Shown one piece after another: positions 19,432 through 29,394 of a stretch of DNA of 64,000 bases (its first letter is position 1; each line of letters opens with the position of its first letter). The stretch is taken from positions 7,467-71,466 of the forward strand of contig DASTFJ010000250.1 of NCBI GenBank assembly GCA_035708745.1. Reading direction: 5' to 3'. Source of the stretch: Thermomicrobiales bacterium. GTDB taxonomy: Bacteria > Chloroflexota > Chloroflexia > Thermomicrobiales > UBA6265. The notes under the pieces are model-generated. The model was not told the origin of the DNA and did no database searches. It saw nothing but the letters and a program-made list of their open reading frames with translations. The position numbers were made by a program, and so were the translations under genes.

Positions 19432-20334
19432 GTGGCCGATCCGCATTTCGCGGTGATCGTGAATCCCAAGGCAGCCGGTGGCAAGGCTATCAAGAAGCTG
19501 CCGGAAATTTCGGCGGCCGCTTCGTCTGTCGCGCCGGAATACATGCTGCACGTCACCAGCTCGATCGAGGATGCGCGCCTGCAAGCGCGCGAGTTCTCCA
19601 ATCTTGGCATCGAGCGAATCGTGGCGGTCGGTGGCGATGGCACCTTCAACGAGGTTGCCAACGGTATTCTCGAATCCGGCGCGCGCCCGGCGCTCGGCAT
19701 CGTTCCAGCCGGCACCGGCTGCGATCTGCCGCGCACCCTCGGCGTTCCCACCTCGATTGCCGAATCGCTGGTGTTTGCGCTGACCAGTGAAGCCCGGCCA
19801 ATGGACGTGGGGCTGGCGAAGACGACAACGGTCGAGCGGCATTTTCTCAATGTCGCCGGGATGGGATTCGATGCCAAGGTGGCGGATCGCGCTCAGCGAA
19901 CGAAACTGCTCAGTGGCAAGAAGGCCTATATCGCGGCGCTGGCCCGGAGTCTCACCGACTTTGGCTACATCGATGTCCACATCGAGATAAACGGCCAGGA
20001 GATCGCCACCAAAGCAGTCTTCGTCAGCATCGCCAACGCACAATATCTGGCCGGCGGATTCCATTTCGCGCCGATGGCACGCATCGACGACGGTCTCCTC
20101 GATTTGGCCATCATCGACGACATCAGCCTGCCGGGATTTATCAAGGCGGTACCGAGCGTAGTGCGCGGCAAACATCTGTCGAATCCGCATTGGAGTCACT
20201 ACACCACCACCAAGGTGAAGGTGACGGCGACCACCCCGGCGCTGGTGCAGCTCGACGGCGAGATCGTCGGAACATCGCCGGCCGAGTTTTCGATCGTTCC
20301 CAAAGCGATCGATGTGGTGGCACATTGGTCGTGA
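19432..20334 (+). CDS. Diacylglycerol kinase family lipid kinase (YegS/DgkB-like)
   Basis: NPKA, GGDGT, PAGTG.D, GFDA and QLDGE motifs. Confidence 0.92.
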   Translation: MADPHFAVIVNPKAAGGKAIKKLPEISAAASSVAPEYMLHVTSSIEDARLQAREFSNLGIERIVAVGGDGTFNEVANGILESGARPALGIVPAGTGCDLPRTLGVPTSIAESLVFALTSEARPMDVGLAKTTTVERHFLNVAGMGFDAKVADRAQRTKLLSGKKAYIAALARSLTDFGYIDVHIEINGQEIATKAVFVSIANAQYLAGGFHFAPMARIDDGLLDLAIIDDISLPGFIKAVPSVVRGKHLSNPHWSHYTTTKVKVTATTPALVQLDGEIVGTSPAEFSIVPKAIDVVAHWS

Positions 20335-21164
20335 GCTCGCTCCCGGTCCCATCGCGCAAATTCCTCGAGGAGATCGGAGTTCGCCCTTCGAAAGGCCGCG
20401 GCCAAAATTTCCTCAAAGAGGCCTGGGTGGTCGAACGCATGGCAGCCGAGCTGGCTGTGGGCGAAGGTGACCTGGTCGTTGAGGTCGGGCCCGGTCTCGG
20501 CGCACTGACTGGCGCGCTGCTGGACACCTGCGCCAGCGTGACGGCCATCGAAATCGACGATCAGCTTGCGGCGTATCTGCGGCAGGAGCTTGCAACCGAG
20601 CGATTCTCGCTGGTGAATGCCGACGCACGCACCGTCTCGATCGACCAGATCGTCCCAGACGGGCGGTCGTACGACCTCGCGGCCAATCTCCCCTATGCGT
20701 CCGCGCCGGTGATCCTGCGGCATTTCCTCGAAGCAGAGCGCCCGCCGGATCGGGCGATTTGCATGGTGCAGCGCGAAGTCGCACACCGCATGGCTGCGGA
20801 GCCGCCCGACCTCTCGATACTCGGTGTAGCGATGCAGGTCTATGCCGAGGTTTCGGTCTTGTTCGATGTGCCGCCGGACGCATTTGTACCGCGCCCAAAG
20901 GTTTTTTCCTCCGTGGTGCTGATCGAACGACGCGGTGTACCCCTTATCGAGCGATCGCAGCGGGAGGCGTTTTTCCACCTGGTGACTGCTGGGTTCGCGC
21001 AAAAGCGCAAAACGGTGCTGAATTCGCTCGCAGCGGCCCTCCCGGTCGATCGCGAATCGATGCGCTCCATCCTGGAGGCAACTGGCATCGATCCGATGCG
21101 ACGCGCTGAAACGATCTCGGTCCCCGAATGGATCGAGCTGATGCGCGCGACGAGCGCCGAATGA
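20331..21164 (+). CDS. rsmA: 16S rRNA (adenine-N6) dimethyltransferase
   Basis: GQNFL, EVGPGLGALT, ANLPY, MVQREVA and RRAE motifs. Confidence 0.95.
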   Translation: MSSLPVPSRKFLEEIGVRPSKGRGQNFLKEAWVVERMAAELAVGEGDLVVEVGPGLGALTGALLDTCASVTAIEIDDQLAAYLRQELATERFSLVNADARTVSIDQIVPDGRSYDLAANLPYASAPVILRHFLEAERPPDRAICMVQREVAHRMAAEPPDLSILGVAMQVYAEVSVLFDVPPDAFVPRPKVFSSVVLIERRGVPLIERSQREAFFHLVTAGFAQKRKTVLNSLAAALPVDRESMRSILEATGIDPMRRAETISVPEWIELMRATSAE

Positions 21165-22126
21165 CGATGGAGTTGCTCGCCCCGGCCAAGATCAACTTGG
21201 GGCTCGAGGTCATCCGCCGGCGGGACGATGGTTACCACGATATCGCCACGGTCCTGCAAACCATCACCGTCTTCGACCGCGTCCGCCTGCGAGCGGCGGA
21301 CCGGGACGAGGTCCAGATCGTCGACCGGATCATCCAGATCGAAGCCAATCTAGCCGCACGCGCCATCGAGCTGGCGACGGCATCGGGGCTGACAAAAGGT
21401 CACCATCGGGTCGAGATCGAAAAGCGCATTCCGATTGCGGCGGGACTTGGTGGGGCGAGCGCAGATGCAGCCGCGGTCCTGCGCGGACTTTGCACGGGCG
21501 ATGCATGCGATCGGCGCAAACTGGCCGAGCTTGCGCTTCACCTTGGCAGTGACGTGCCATTCCTCCTGCATGGTGGCGCAGCCCTGGCAACCGGCCGCGG
21601 CGAGGTGCTAGAGTCATTGTCGTCGCTGCAAGGTTGCTGGTTGGTGCTCGCCAGCCCGGATGTCGAGCTCGAGCGCAAGACCACGCGGCTTTATGGCGCG
21701 CTGCGCGCCGAGGATTTTTCGGACGGCAGCGGCGCGATGCGGGTGGCCGAGGCACTGAAACAGCGGGCGCTTCCCACGCCGTCCGATCTGCACAACGCAT
21801 TCGCACGAGCGTTGTCGACGTTTATTCCCGAAATCGACGAGGTCGTTGGGCGGTTCCGCCACGCTGGAGCCCCATTCGTAGCTCTTTCCGGCGCAGGGCC
21901 GACTCACTTCACGATCGTCCCGACACTCTCCGAAGCGATTTCGTTGAGCGCGCAGCTCACCAGAAGACCGCCACTTCCAATGCGCGTGCTCGTCGCGCGG
22001 CCGGCGCCATCGGGCATGCAGCTCCGCCGCCACAAAACCCACGGGTCGACCGCCGCGTTACAGAATGAGACAGCGGCATCGTCAATCGCCGCGCCGCCGC
22101 GCTCCATTCGACGAAGGACCCACTGA
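21161..22126 (+). CDS. ispE: 4-diphosphocytidyl-2-C-methyl-D-erythritol kinase
   Basis: PAKINL, KRIPIAAGLGGAS and GSDVPF motifs; follows rsmA. Confidence 0.9.
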   Translation: MTMELLAPAKINLGLEVIRRRDDGYHDIATVLQTITVFDRVRLRAADRDEVQIVDRIIQIEANLAARAIELATASGLTKGHHRVEIEKRIPIAAGLGGASADAAAVLRGLCTGDACDRRKLAELALHLGSDVPFLLHGGAALATGRGEVLESLSSLQGCWLVLASPDVELERKTTRLYGALRAEDFSDGSGAMRVAEALKQRALPTPSDLHNAFARALSTFIPEIDEVVGRFRHAGAPFVALSGAGPTHFTIVPTLSEAISLSAQLTRRPPLPMRVLVARPAPSGMQLRRHKTHGSTAALQNETAASSIAAPPRSIRRRTH

Positions 22127-22130
22127 TTTC

Positions 22131-23153
22131 GTGACCGTACGCACGCGCCTCATCAATCGCCGCTATCGCCTCGAGCGCCGGATTTCGCTGACCGGCACCA
22201 CCGAAAGCTGGCTGGGGTTCGACAATGTCTTGCACCGAGCGGTCGCGGTTTCTCTTCCCCGTCAGGAGCTGCTGCGAGACGGCCCATTTCTGGTGGAGTT
22301 TCTCCAGCGGAGTCGGATCGCCACTGCTCTGCATCACCGGGGTATCGTTGCGGCGTTCGATTCCGGGGAAGACAGCGACACCCCGTATCTGGTGACCGAG
22401 TATCTCGGCGGCGAGTCGTTGACCGACATCATCCATGCCGAAAGTCCATTCGATGTCGACGATGTCGCGGTGCTGGTGGAACAGCTCGGCGGGGCGCTCG
22501 AATACGCCCACCAGCGCGGATTCGTCCATGGAGACCTCACGAGTGATCACGTGGTCGTCGACGGGCAGGGAGCGGCCAAACTGCTGGGCCTGGGCATTCC
22601 CCTCGGCTCGGACGGTTCGACGGTCGACGGCGATATCGCCGCACTGGGCGCGATTGCCTTCGAGATGCTGACCGGAGAAGAGCCAAATGCCGTCGAAGCG
22701 GATTCGGCGGGCGAAGCCTATCTAATCGACCCCGACGTCCCCCGCAATGCGAGCGATGTGGTGGCTATCGCGCTCGGGGCCGGCTCGGCGCGATTTAGCT
22801 CAGCCGGCTCATTTGCGCGTTCCCTCAACACCTGGCGGTCGTTCGATCCAGGCGAGTTCTTTGTCGCGCCGGAACCTGCTCTCGAATGGGCCGCTCCGGA
22901 ACCGTTGCCCCGATCCGCCACATTTCCCAATTGGCCGGACGACGATGATCTGATTGCGGGTGCTGGCGAGCCGGCGGATGACGCAGCATGGCCTGCGCTT
23001 CCAGAGCGTCATCGCAATCGGTGGCTTTTCATCGCGGCAATGGTCCTGATGATCGCCGCCGGATTTATCGTCTGGCAGAGCAGCGATTCGACGGCTGCCA
23101 CGAGTGCGCTGCAAGACCAGATCGAGACGCTTGCGCAACTGAGCGGATTCTGA
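22131..23153 (+). CDS. Membrane-anchored Ser/Thr kinase-like protein with degenerate catalytic motifs (pseudokinase)
   Basis: PknB-like scaffold (RY.L, PYLVTEY, YAHQRGFVHGD, EMLTG) and one C-terminal TM helix; lacks the VAIK Lys and DFG. Confidence 0.8.
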   Translation: MTVRTRLINRRYRLERRISLTGTTESWLGFDNVLHRAVAVSLPRQELLRDGPFLVEFLQRSRIATALHHRGIVAAFDSGEDSDTPYLVTEYLGGESLTDIIHAESPFDVDDVAVLVEQLGGALEYAHQRGFVHGDLTSDHVVVDGQGAAKLLGLGIPLGSDGSTVDGDIAALGAIAFEMLTGEEPNAVEADSAGEAYLIDPDVPRNASDVVAIALGAGSARFSSAGSFARSLNTWRSFDPGEFFVAPEPALEWAAPEPLPRSATFPNWPDDDDLIAGAGEPADDAAWPALPERHRNRWLFIAAMVLMIAAGFIVWQSSDSTAATSALQDQIETLAQLSGF

Positions 23154-23199
23154 TTTCCTTCTCCCTCGCAACGGAAATCGAAGCGAGGGGCATCATCAG

Positions 23200-24045
23200 G
23201 TGGCCGGCTCAGCCAAACCTGCATCCACAACGAGCAACTGGGCACGGCAAATCGAGCGTTTCGTGCTCGTGACGCTCCTCGTCCTCGGCGGAACGACCAT
23301 CGTTGCGTCCTCGTGGGCACGCGATTTGGCGACGCCGCGCGTGACGTTGCTCGGCGCCGACCGGGGAATCGCTGCACTGATTACCGCCAGCTCCGCACGA
23401 GTGCTCATCCTCGACGGAACGGATCCGGTAGAGCTCGGCAACGCCTTCGAACGGGCGAAGCATCCCGGACTCGATCGGCTCGATCTCATGATCGTGTCCG
23501 GGAACGCGGCTGCCGCCGGCATCGCGCCTCGCGTGATTGAGCTGCTGCAACCGCGCATGGTGATCGCCGTCGGCGGTACGGCCAGCCTCGATACGGCCGG
23601 TATCGTTCCCGGCAAAATGGTCGAGCACACGACCGAAATCGAGCTGCCGGACGGTGTCCTGCTGACGATCGAGGTCTGGCCGGCGGCGGGTGGGGAGAAT
23701 GGCGATGTAACCTGGTCGGTCATGATCGAGCGCGGCGGAGCCTCGGTCTATTGGGTCGCCGATCGCGAGGCACTGATGCAGGACGATCTGCCCACCGAGG
23801 TCGACATGGTCATTATTGGCCGTGGCAAACCAGCCGATGACACGCCGTTTCCCACTACCCGCATCATCGCGGCGGCAGCCGAATCGGTAAACGGCCCCGA
23901 ACTTCGCGCGCTTGCACTCGAAACCGTTGGCCCCGATACCGAAACCGTCCGGGTCTTTGCCGGTGAGACGACCCGCATCGAGCTCGACCCAGAAGGAATC
24001 CGCTCGGTCGACGGCAGCACCGTGGCCGCTACGCCGGCGCCCTAG
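23200..24045 (+). CDS. Membrane-anchored hypothetical protein resembling a degenerate ComEC-type MBL-fold domain
   Basis: N-terminal TM helix; RVTLLGADRGIAALI..RVLILDG..LDLMIVS follows the ComEC MBL pattern without HxHxDH. Confidence 0.55.
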   Translation: MAGSAKPASTTSNWARQIERFVLVTLLVLGGTTIVASSWARDLATPRVTLLGADRGIAALITASSARVLILDGTDPVELGNAFERAKHPGLDRLDLMIVSGNAAAAGIAPRVIELLQPRMVIAVGGTASLDTAGIVPGKMVEHTTEIELPDGVLLTIEVWPAAGGENGDVTWSVMIERGGASVYWVADREALMQDDLPTEVDMVIIGRGKPADDTPFPTTRIIAAAAESVNGPELRALALETVGPDTETVRVFAGETTRIELDPEGIRSVDGSTVAATPAP

Positions 24046-25256
24046 TTTTCGGCCTGGCGCTTGGCTCGGGCTGTCTCGAACTCGCGCTTGATCGCGGTCA
24101 ACGTTGCAGGTTGTTCGATCAGATCGAGCGCTGTCAATGCCATCGCCTTGGAAATCAGGAATGTGTTGGCATACCCATATTCCGATTCCGCGGCGTCGAC
24201 GACGTCCTGCGAATGCCAGGTGCAGCGGCCCTGGACGATCGGGAAGGTGGTTTCGACCGATGGAACGGCATAGCTGACGTTGCCCCAATCGGTCGACCCA
24301 GTGCCTTCCTCGACTTTCGCGTCGGGAAGCTCCAGCCCAACCCGATCGATATTTGCCTTGAGCGCTCGCGCCAGCGTGTAGTTCGTGATCATGTCCCAGG
24401 ACGCATCCTCGGGAAACGAGAACTCCAGGGTCGCGCCGGTCATCAGGGCCGCCCCTTCAGCAATCTTGCGCACCTTCTCGACCAGCTCATACATGTACTT
24501 CTGTGTGCTCGCCCTGACGAAAAAGAACGCTTCGGCGTAGTCGGGAATGACATTTGCCGCCTCACCACCCTTGACGATGATGCCGTGAAAGCGCGCATCC
24601 GATCGCACATGCTGCCGGAGGGCGTTGATGCCGTTGTAGGTCAATATGATCGCGTCGAGCGCATTGATGCCGTTATACGGATCGGCAGCAGCATGCGCCG
24701 CCTGACCGAGAAAAGCGATCGTAACGCCTTGGCAGGCAAGCGCCTCACCGCTCCCCTCCACCGTCGGACACCATGACTCTTCGTCGCCCGGGTGTGCTCC
24801 CATGGCCACATCGACATCGTCGAAAACTCCGGCGTTCTTCATGATGACCTTGCCGCCCACCGCTTCTTCCGCCGGAGTTCCGAAGACCGTGATGCGCGCC
24901 GGTGTGCCGTTCAACCCCGCTTTGGCGCCAACTCCAGCCGCCAGCGCGCTGAGCGCGATCAGGTTGTGACCGCAGCCATGACCAACTCCCGGCAGCGCGT
25001 CATATTCCGCCAGAAACGCGATGTGCGGTCCGCCATCGCTGCCAATCGTTGCCCGAAACGCGGTGGGCAGTCCGGCAATGCCACGCTCGACCTCGAATCC
25101 CAATTTTTCCAGTATGTCCGCGGCCGCCTCGCTCGATTGCACTTCCTGCAGGGCGATCTCGGGATGATCGTGGATGAATTGGGAGACCGCGCGCAATTCA
25201 GCGGCACTGGCATCGATCGCGTCAAGCGCACGCTGGCGCGAAACGGTAGCCATCAT
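24042..25256 (-). CDS. M20 family amidohydrolase (M20D/AbgB-like)
   Basis: HPE, EYDALP.VGHGCGHN, GTPAEE and GSTD.GNVS motifs. Confidence 0.92.
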   Translation of the reverse strand: MMATVSRQRALDAIDASAAELRAVSQFIHDHPEIALQEVQSSEAAADILEKLGFEVERGIAGLPTAFRATIGSDGGPHIAFLAEYDALPGVGHGCGHNLIALSALAAGVGAKAGLNGTPARITVFGTPAEEAVGGKVIMKNAGVFDDVDVAMGAHPGDEESWCPTVEGSGEALACQGVTIAFLGQAAHAAADPYNGINALDAIILTYNGINALRQHVRSDARFHGIIVKGGEAANVIPDYAEAFFFVRASTQKYMYELVEKVRKIAEGAALMTGATLEFSFPEDASWDMITNYTLARALKANIDRVGLELPDAKVEEGTGSTDWGNVSYAVPSVETTFPIVQGRCTWHSQDVVDAAESEYGYANTFLISKAMALTALDLIEQPATLTAIKREFETARAKRQAEN

Positions 25257-25266
25257 CGCAAACTCC

Positions 25267-26145
25267 TTAGATGGTGTAGCCGCAATCGGGGCAGAAGCGG
25301 TCGGACGCGTCGAGCGTCATGCCGCAATTCGGGCAAAAGCGCACGGTATTGCGCACAGTCGGCAGCTCGGTCCGGCGCTCCTCCATCGTGACCGTCGTTT
25401 CCCGCTCGACTGATACGGACCGACTGGCCGGAGCTGGCTGGGGTGGTGCGAAAATCGCATCGTCAGCTTGGCGGGCAGGCGTGGCCGCTCTGGTCCCATT
25501 TGGCGAGGTCGAGCCGTTGGCTGGCGGAGCACTCAGGGGTTCGCGCAGCTGGCGTGGCTCGATTCGCGGCACCGGAGGTGGGATTGGACGTGAGAATGAT
25601 GCCCGGGCGGACGGATCGGGAATCGTAATCGCCAATCGCGCAAGCCGCGTATAGAGCAGCAGGGCGGCAGCAATGCCGATGAACCCGAGCAAAAACCAAT
25701 CGAAATTGCGCCACAGTACGCGGGTCACGATCGATTCATCGAGTGGCAAACTGGTGAGCGTGCCGGAGTAGGCGAGGTAATAGAACCGCAACGCCATGGC
25801 GATCAGCAGCGCGCCATTGGCCGCACCTAGCGCCACGCCGAGGATCGATCCCCATCGGGTCGGCGTCCCCCACGAAAGCACCAGCGACCCGCCGATACCC
25901 AGGAGAAAAACGCTCAGGATCAGAAGGAACATTCCGCAAAGGAAGTGCCCGGTTTCGGTGCGAACATCGATCGCATCGCTCAGGCGATCCCCCAGACTGC
26001 CACCCCACCAGAGGGCTGCTTCGGCCCCGAGCAAAATCGAAGTCGTCGCGAGAAATCCTCTGGCAATCCCGAACGTCGCACCGATGAAGCCAACCAGTAC
26101 GATAATGCCCACGAAGATCAGACTCAGCATCGTTGATTCGGACAC
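25267..26145 (-). CDS. CvpA-like membrane protein with a Pro-rich linker and C-terminal zinc ribbon
   Basis: Several TM helices with the G..RG pattern; FCPNCG...FCPDCG tail. Confidence 0.65.
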   Translation of the reverse strand: MSESTMLSLIFVGIIVLVGFIGATFGIARGFLATTSILLGAEAALWWGGSLGDRLSDAIDVRTETGHFLCGMFLLILSVFLLGIGGSLVLSWGTPTRWGSILGVALGAANGALLIAMALRFYYLAYSGTLTSLPLDESIVTRVLWRNFDWFLLGFIGIAAALLLYTRLARLAITIPDPSARASFSRPIPPPVPRIEPRQLREPLSAPPANGSTSPNGTRAATPARQADDAIFAPPQPAPASRSVSVERETTVTMEERRTELPTVRNTVRFCPNCGMTLDASDRFCPDCGYTI

Positions 26146-26243
26146 AGATGTCGATTCCCCGTCTCGGCGCTCGTTCGCACGGCAATTCTACGCAATGCGA
26201 GCGAAGTTGCGGCTATTCGGAGCAGTGTTTGGCAAACAGTAGG

Positions 26244-26270
26244 AAAACGCGCCCCGCGAGCGGAGCGCGT
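26244..26270 (-). terminator. Intrinsic terminator after the substrate-binding protein gene
   Basis: Minus strand ACGCGCTCCG..CGGGGCGCGT followed by TTT. Confidence 0.6.
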
Positions 26271-26299
26271 GATGGATGCACTGAGTCCGGCCGAAGCGA

Positions 26300-28117
26300 T
26301 CAGCCGTTGGTGAGCACCACGTTCTTGTCGAAGAGCACCGGCAGGCGCCCGGTCCACGGACCCTGTCGCGTCCCCTGCAGCTTCGGGTCCTGGACGTACA
26401 TCTGCACCCAGTAGCCCAGTGGGATATACACGGCGTTATGCAGCAAGAGTTGCTCGGCCTGATGGAATGCGTCGTTCCGCGCCGTCTCGTCTTGCTCCTG
26501 GTCGGCTTCATCGACCAGCTGTTCGAAATTGTCGGCATCCGCGCCGGGATCGAAGTCGCCGGATGGTTCGAGATCGGCATTCCAGTTGAAGACGCCGGCC
26601 ATCGCGGCGGCGTTCGGCGCTCCCGCAACATAGAGGAGATGCGGGGTGTCGTAAATATTCCACCACCAGACGATATCGAACTGGCTCCCCCCATTGTCCG
26701 CGGTTTGATCGGCGATCTGCTGCATCGTGAGCGAGGTATCGTGCACGATATCGATCCCGCTGTTCTGCTTGATCATCGCCAGCAGCGCGGCCGCCCGGGC
26801 TTTGTCCGAATCGGAGTCCTCGGACGGCTCGAAGTAGGTAATGGTCGGCAGTCCCTGGCCGTCGGCAAACCCCGCGTCGGAAAGCAGTTGCTTCGCTTCA
26901 TCGGGTTTGAAGCCGATCCCCTCCGGCGGGGTGTAGTTGGCAATAGTAGTCAGTACCGGCGGCGAGAATGACGTGCCGGGCGCCCAGGTACCCTCCCAGA
27001 TATCGTTCGCCCAATTGTCCCGGTCGATCGAAAGCGCGACCGCGCGGCGCACGCGCACATCGTTGAACGGCTCTTGATTGAAGTCCATGCCGATCGCGCG
27101 AACGCTGCCTTGCGGCGAGATCTTCACGAGCTGCGCTGCCAACGTTTCATCGCCGTTGACTGCGTCGAGCAAAGAGAGCGGTACGTCCGCCGAGATGGCC
27201 TGGCCCTGCTTGTACATATCGAGCGCGGCACTGGCGGCGTCCGGGCCGGTCAGGAAGAGCCACGTCAGCTCAGTAAGTGACGGAGAAACGCCATCCCAGT
27301 AATTTGGATTTGGCGTCATGACAAGCTGTGTCGCCGGATCGAAATCGGAAAACTGCCACGGTCCGGTTCCAGCGCCCCCGAGCGTGAATTCGTCGTCACC
27401 CAGTTCTTCCACCACCGCCGGATCGACGACCGACCAGACATAGGCGGCCAGCAACGACGGGAAAAAGCTATACGAATCGTTCAGCGAGATCGCAACCGTC
27501 AGATCATCGACCTTTTCGAATCCGATGTCGGTGGAGTTGCCGGCGATATAGTCGTCGTACCCTTCGACCAGCGCCATGAAGTCAGACATTGGCGAGAGAT
27601 TCGCGGGATCGAGCGCGCGCTGCCAGCTGGAGATGAACGCATCGGAATTGACCGGATTGCCGGAAGCGAACTTGAGATCCGATTTGATCTTGAAGGTATA
27701 CGTCTCGCCGTCGTCACTCAGATCCATGCTCTCGGCCAAATCGAGCTCCGGCTTGCCGTTCTGGTCGTACCGCAGCAATCCGCCCCAAACGTTCGGGAAC
27801 ATGACCCAGAATGGTCCCCAGTTCACAGTCCGATGCGGATCGAGGGTGACGTCCTGCCCCCACGGATCGAAGGGGATCGTGATCTTGGCGTCGGTGACGA
27901 TATCGGCCTGAAACCGAGAGAGCGCCGTCTTCCCGTCCGACGGGGCGGCCGAGACTGAACCCAAGCGGCCCGCGGCTACTGCTCCCGCAGCTATCGCCGA
28001 CCATCGCATCAGAGCGCGCCGGGTTGGATGCGGAGTCGTTTTCCGGAAGGTTTCGATGAGCCGGTCGAGCTCGGCTCTGGTATCCGTGGTCATTGCGGAT
28101 TGCTCGTCGATCGACAC
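26300..28117 (-). CDS. Peptide ABC transporter substrate-binding protein (family 5), stand-alone, Tat-type signal
   Basis: TRRALM twin-arginine signal, LDP, GTGPW and PFND.RVRRA motifs. Confidence 0.9.
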   Translation of the reverse strand: MSIDEQSAMTTDTRAELDRLIETFRKTTPHPTRRALMRWSAIAAGAVAAGRLGSVSAAPSDGKTALSRFQADIVTDAKITIPFDPWGQDVTLDPHRTVNWGPFWVMFPNVWGGLLRYDQNGKPELDLAESMDLSDDGETYTFKIKSDLKFASGNPVNSDAFISSWQRALDPANLSPMSDFMALVEGYDDYIAGNSTDIGFEKVDDLTVAISLNDSYSFFPSLLAAYVWSVVDPAVVEELGDDEFTLGGAGTGPWQFSDFDPATQLVMTPNPNYWDGVSPSLTELTWLFLTGPDAASAALDMYKQGQAISADVPLSLLDAVNGDETLAAQLVKISPQGSVRAIGMDFNQEPFNDVRVRRAVALSIDRDNWANDIWEGTWAPGTSFSPPVLTTIANYTPPEGIGFKPDEAKQLLSDAGFADGQGLPTITYFEPSEDSDSDKARAAALLAMIKQNSGIDIVHDTSLTMQQIADQTADNGGSQFDIVWWWNIYDTPHLLYVAGAPNAAAMAGVFNWNADLEPSGDFDPGADADNFEQLVDEADQEQDETARNDAFHQAEQLLLHNAVYIPLGYWVQMYVQDPKLQGTRQGPWTGRLPVLFDKNVVLTNG

Positions 28118-28306
28118 GTGTTTGCTCCCTTCGAGGGTCGAAACGCGAACGCTGTAGCTTCCTGAAGTGTATTGGCGCGGCCGCTGCCGAATATCACGGC
28201 GCAGTCGTGCGACCCCAAATCCTACGCCATTCGCGCAAGCTGGGACTGGGCTTTCCGTTGAAACGACCGGCGGCGCTCCTCCGTTTCGCGCGATCCGCCG
28301 GGAGCG

Positions 28307-29365
28307 TCAATCGACAACGCTGTAGGTGCGCGACCCGGCATCGTTCAAATATGCGGCCAGCAGGTCGATGCAGGCCTGAATATCGGAGATACGGGCCATC
28401 TCGTTGACGGTATGCGCATAACGCGTCGGGATCGAGAGCGTGAAGGTGGCGTTGCCACCCCGCGCCAACGAGGTCGCGCCGGCATCCGTGCCACCTCGGG
28501 CCAGAAACTCGAATTGGTAGGGTATCCCGTTCGATTCCGCCAGATCGCGGAAATGCTCGACCAGCTTTTGATTCGGGATGACCGAGGAATCGAAGTATTT
28601 GAGCGCGGCCCCTTTGCCGAGCTGAGTTACGTGTTCCTGCGGTTTCATTCCTGGAAAGTCGAGGGCGAGCGTAATGTCGATTGCGATCGAGATGTCGGGA
28701 TCGGCCGTATAGCCCGCCACCCGCGCGCCACGCAGCCCGACTTCTTCCTGAGTCGTGGCTACCGCGTGAATTTCCGCCTTTGCTCCTTGCGCTTTTCGCA
28801 ACGCCTCGATCATCACGAAGACGCCGACCCGATCGTCGAGCGATTTGGACATCACCGAATCGCCGACCACCTCCAGCGTACGATCCATGGTGACCATGTC
28901 TCCTACTCGAACGATAGTATCGACGTCCCCGGCGGTCATCCCCAGATCGATGAACAGGTCGGAGGTCTTGGGTTTGCTGTTTTCCGAGCCATCCAGCAGG
29001 TGCGCCGGTTTGGTAGAAAGCATGAACGCGCCACGGTGCGGGTTGCCCGCTCGATCCCAGACGATCACGCGCTGGGCAGGGAGAACTTTGATGTCGAATC
29101 CGCCAATCGGCTGCACGCGCAGGAAACCCTGCTCGTCGATATGCGAGACCAGAAAGCCGATTTCGTCCGTATGAGCGGCCAGCATCACTTTGGGACCACC
29201 AGAGCCCTTGTGGATACCGGCGACGTTTCCCAGCGGATCGACGGTCACCTCATCGGAGATCGACTGCAGCTCGTCACGCGCGATGGCAGCGATGCGCCCT
29301 TCCCGTCCCGAGACGCCGGGAGTCTCGCAAAGGCGCTTGAGAAGTTCGATGTTCAACTCAGACAC
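28307..29365 (-). CDS. M42 family metallopeptidase (second paralogue)
   Basis: AAHTDEIG, LDDR, QEEVGLRGA, GGTDAG and RYAHT motifs. Confidence 0.93.
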   Translation of the reverse strand: MSELNIELLKRLCETPGVSGREGRIAAIARDELQSISDEVTVDPLGNVAGIHKGSGGPKVMLAAHTDEIGFLVSHIDEQGFLRVQPIGGFDIKVLPAQRVIVWDRAGNPHRGAFMLSTKPAHLLDGSENSKPKTSDLFIDLGMTAGDVDTIVRVGDMVTMDRTLEVVGDSVMSKSLDDRVGVFVMIEALRKAQGAKAEIHAVATTQEEVGLRGARVAGYTADPDISIAIDITLALDFPGMKPQEHVTQLGKGAALKYFDSSVIPNQKLVEHFRDLAESNGIPYQFEFLARGGTDAGATSLARGGNATFTLSIPTRYAHTVNEMARISDIQACIDLLAAYLNDAGSRTYSVVD

Positions 29366-29394
29366 ATGGTGCTCCTGGGTAACTCGTCCAACGA

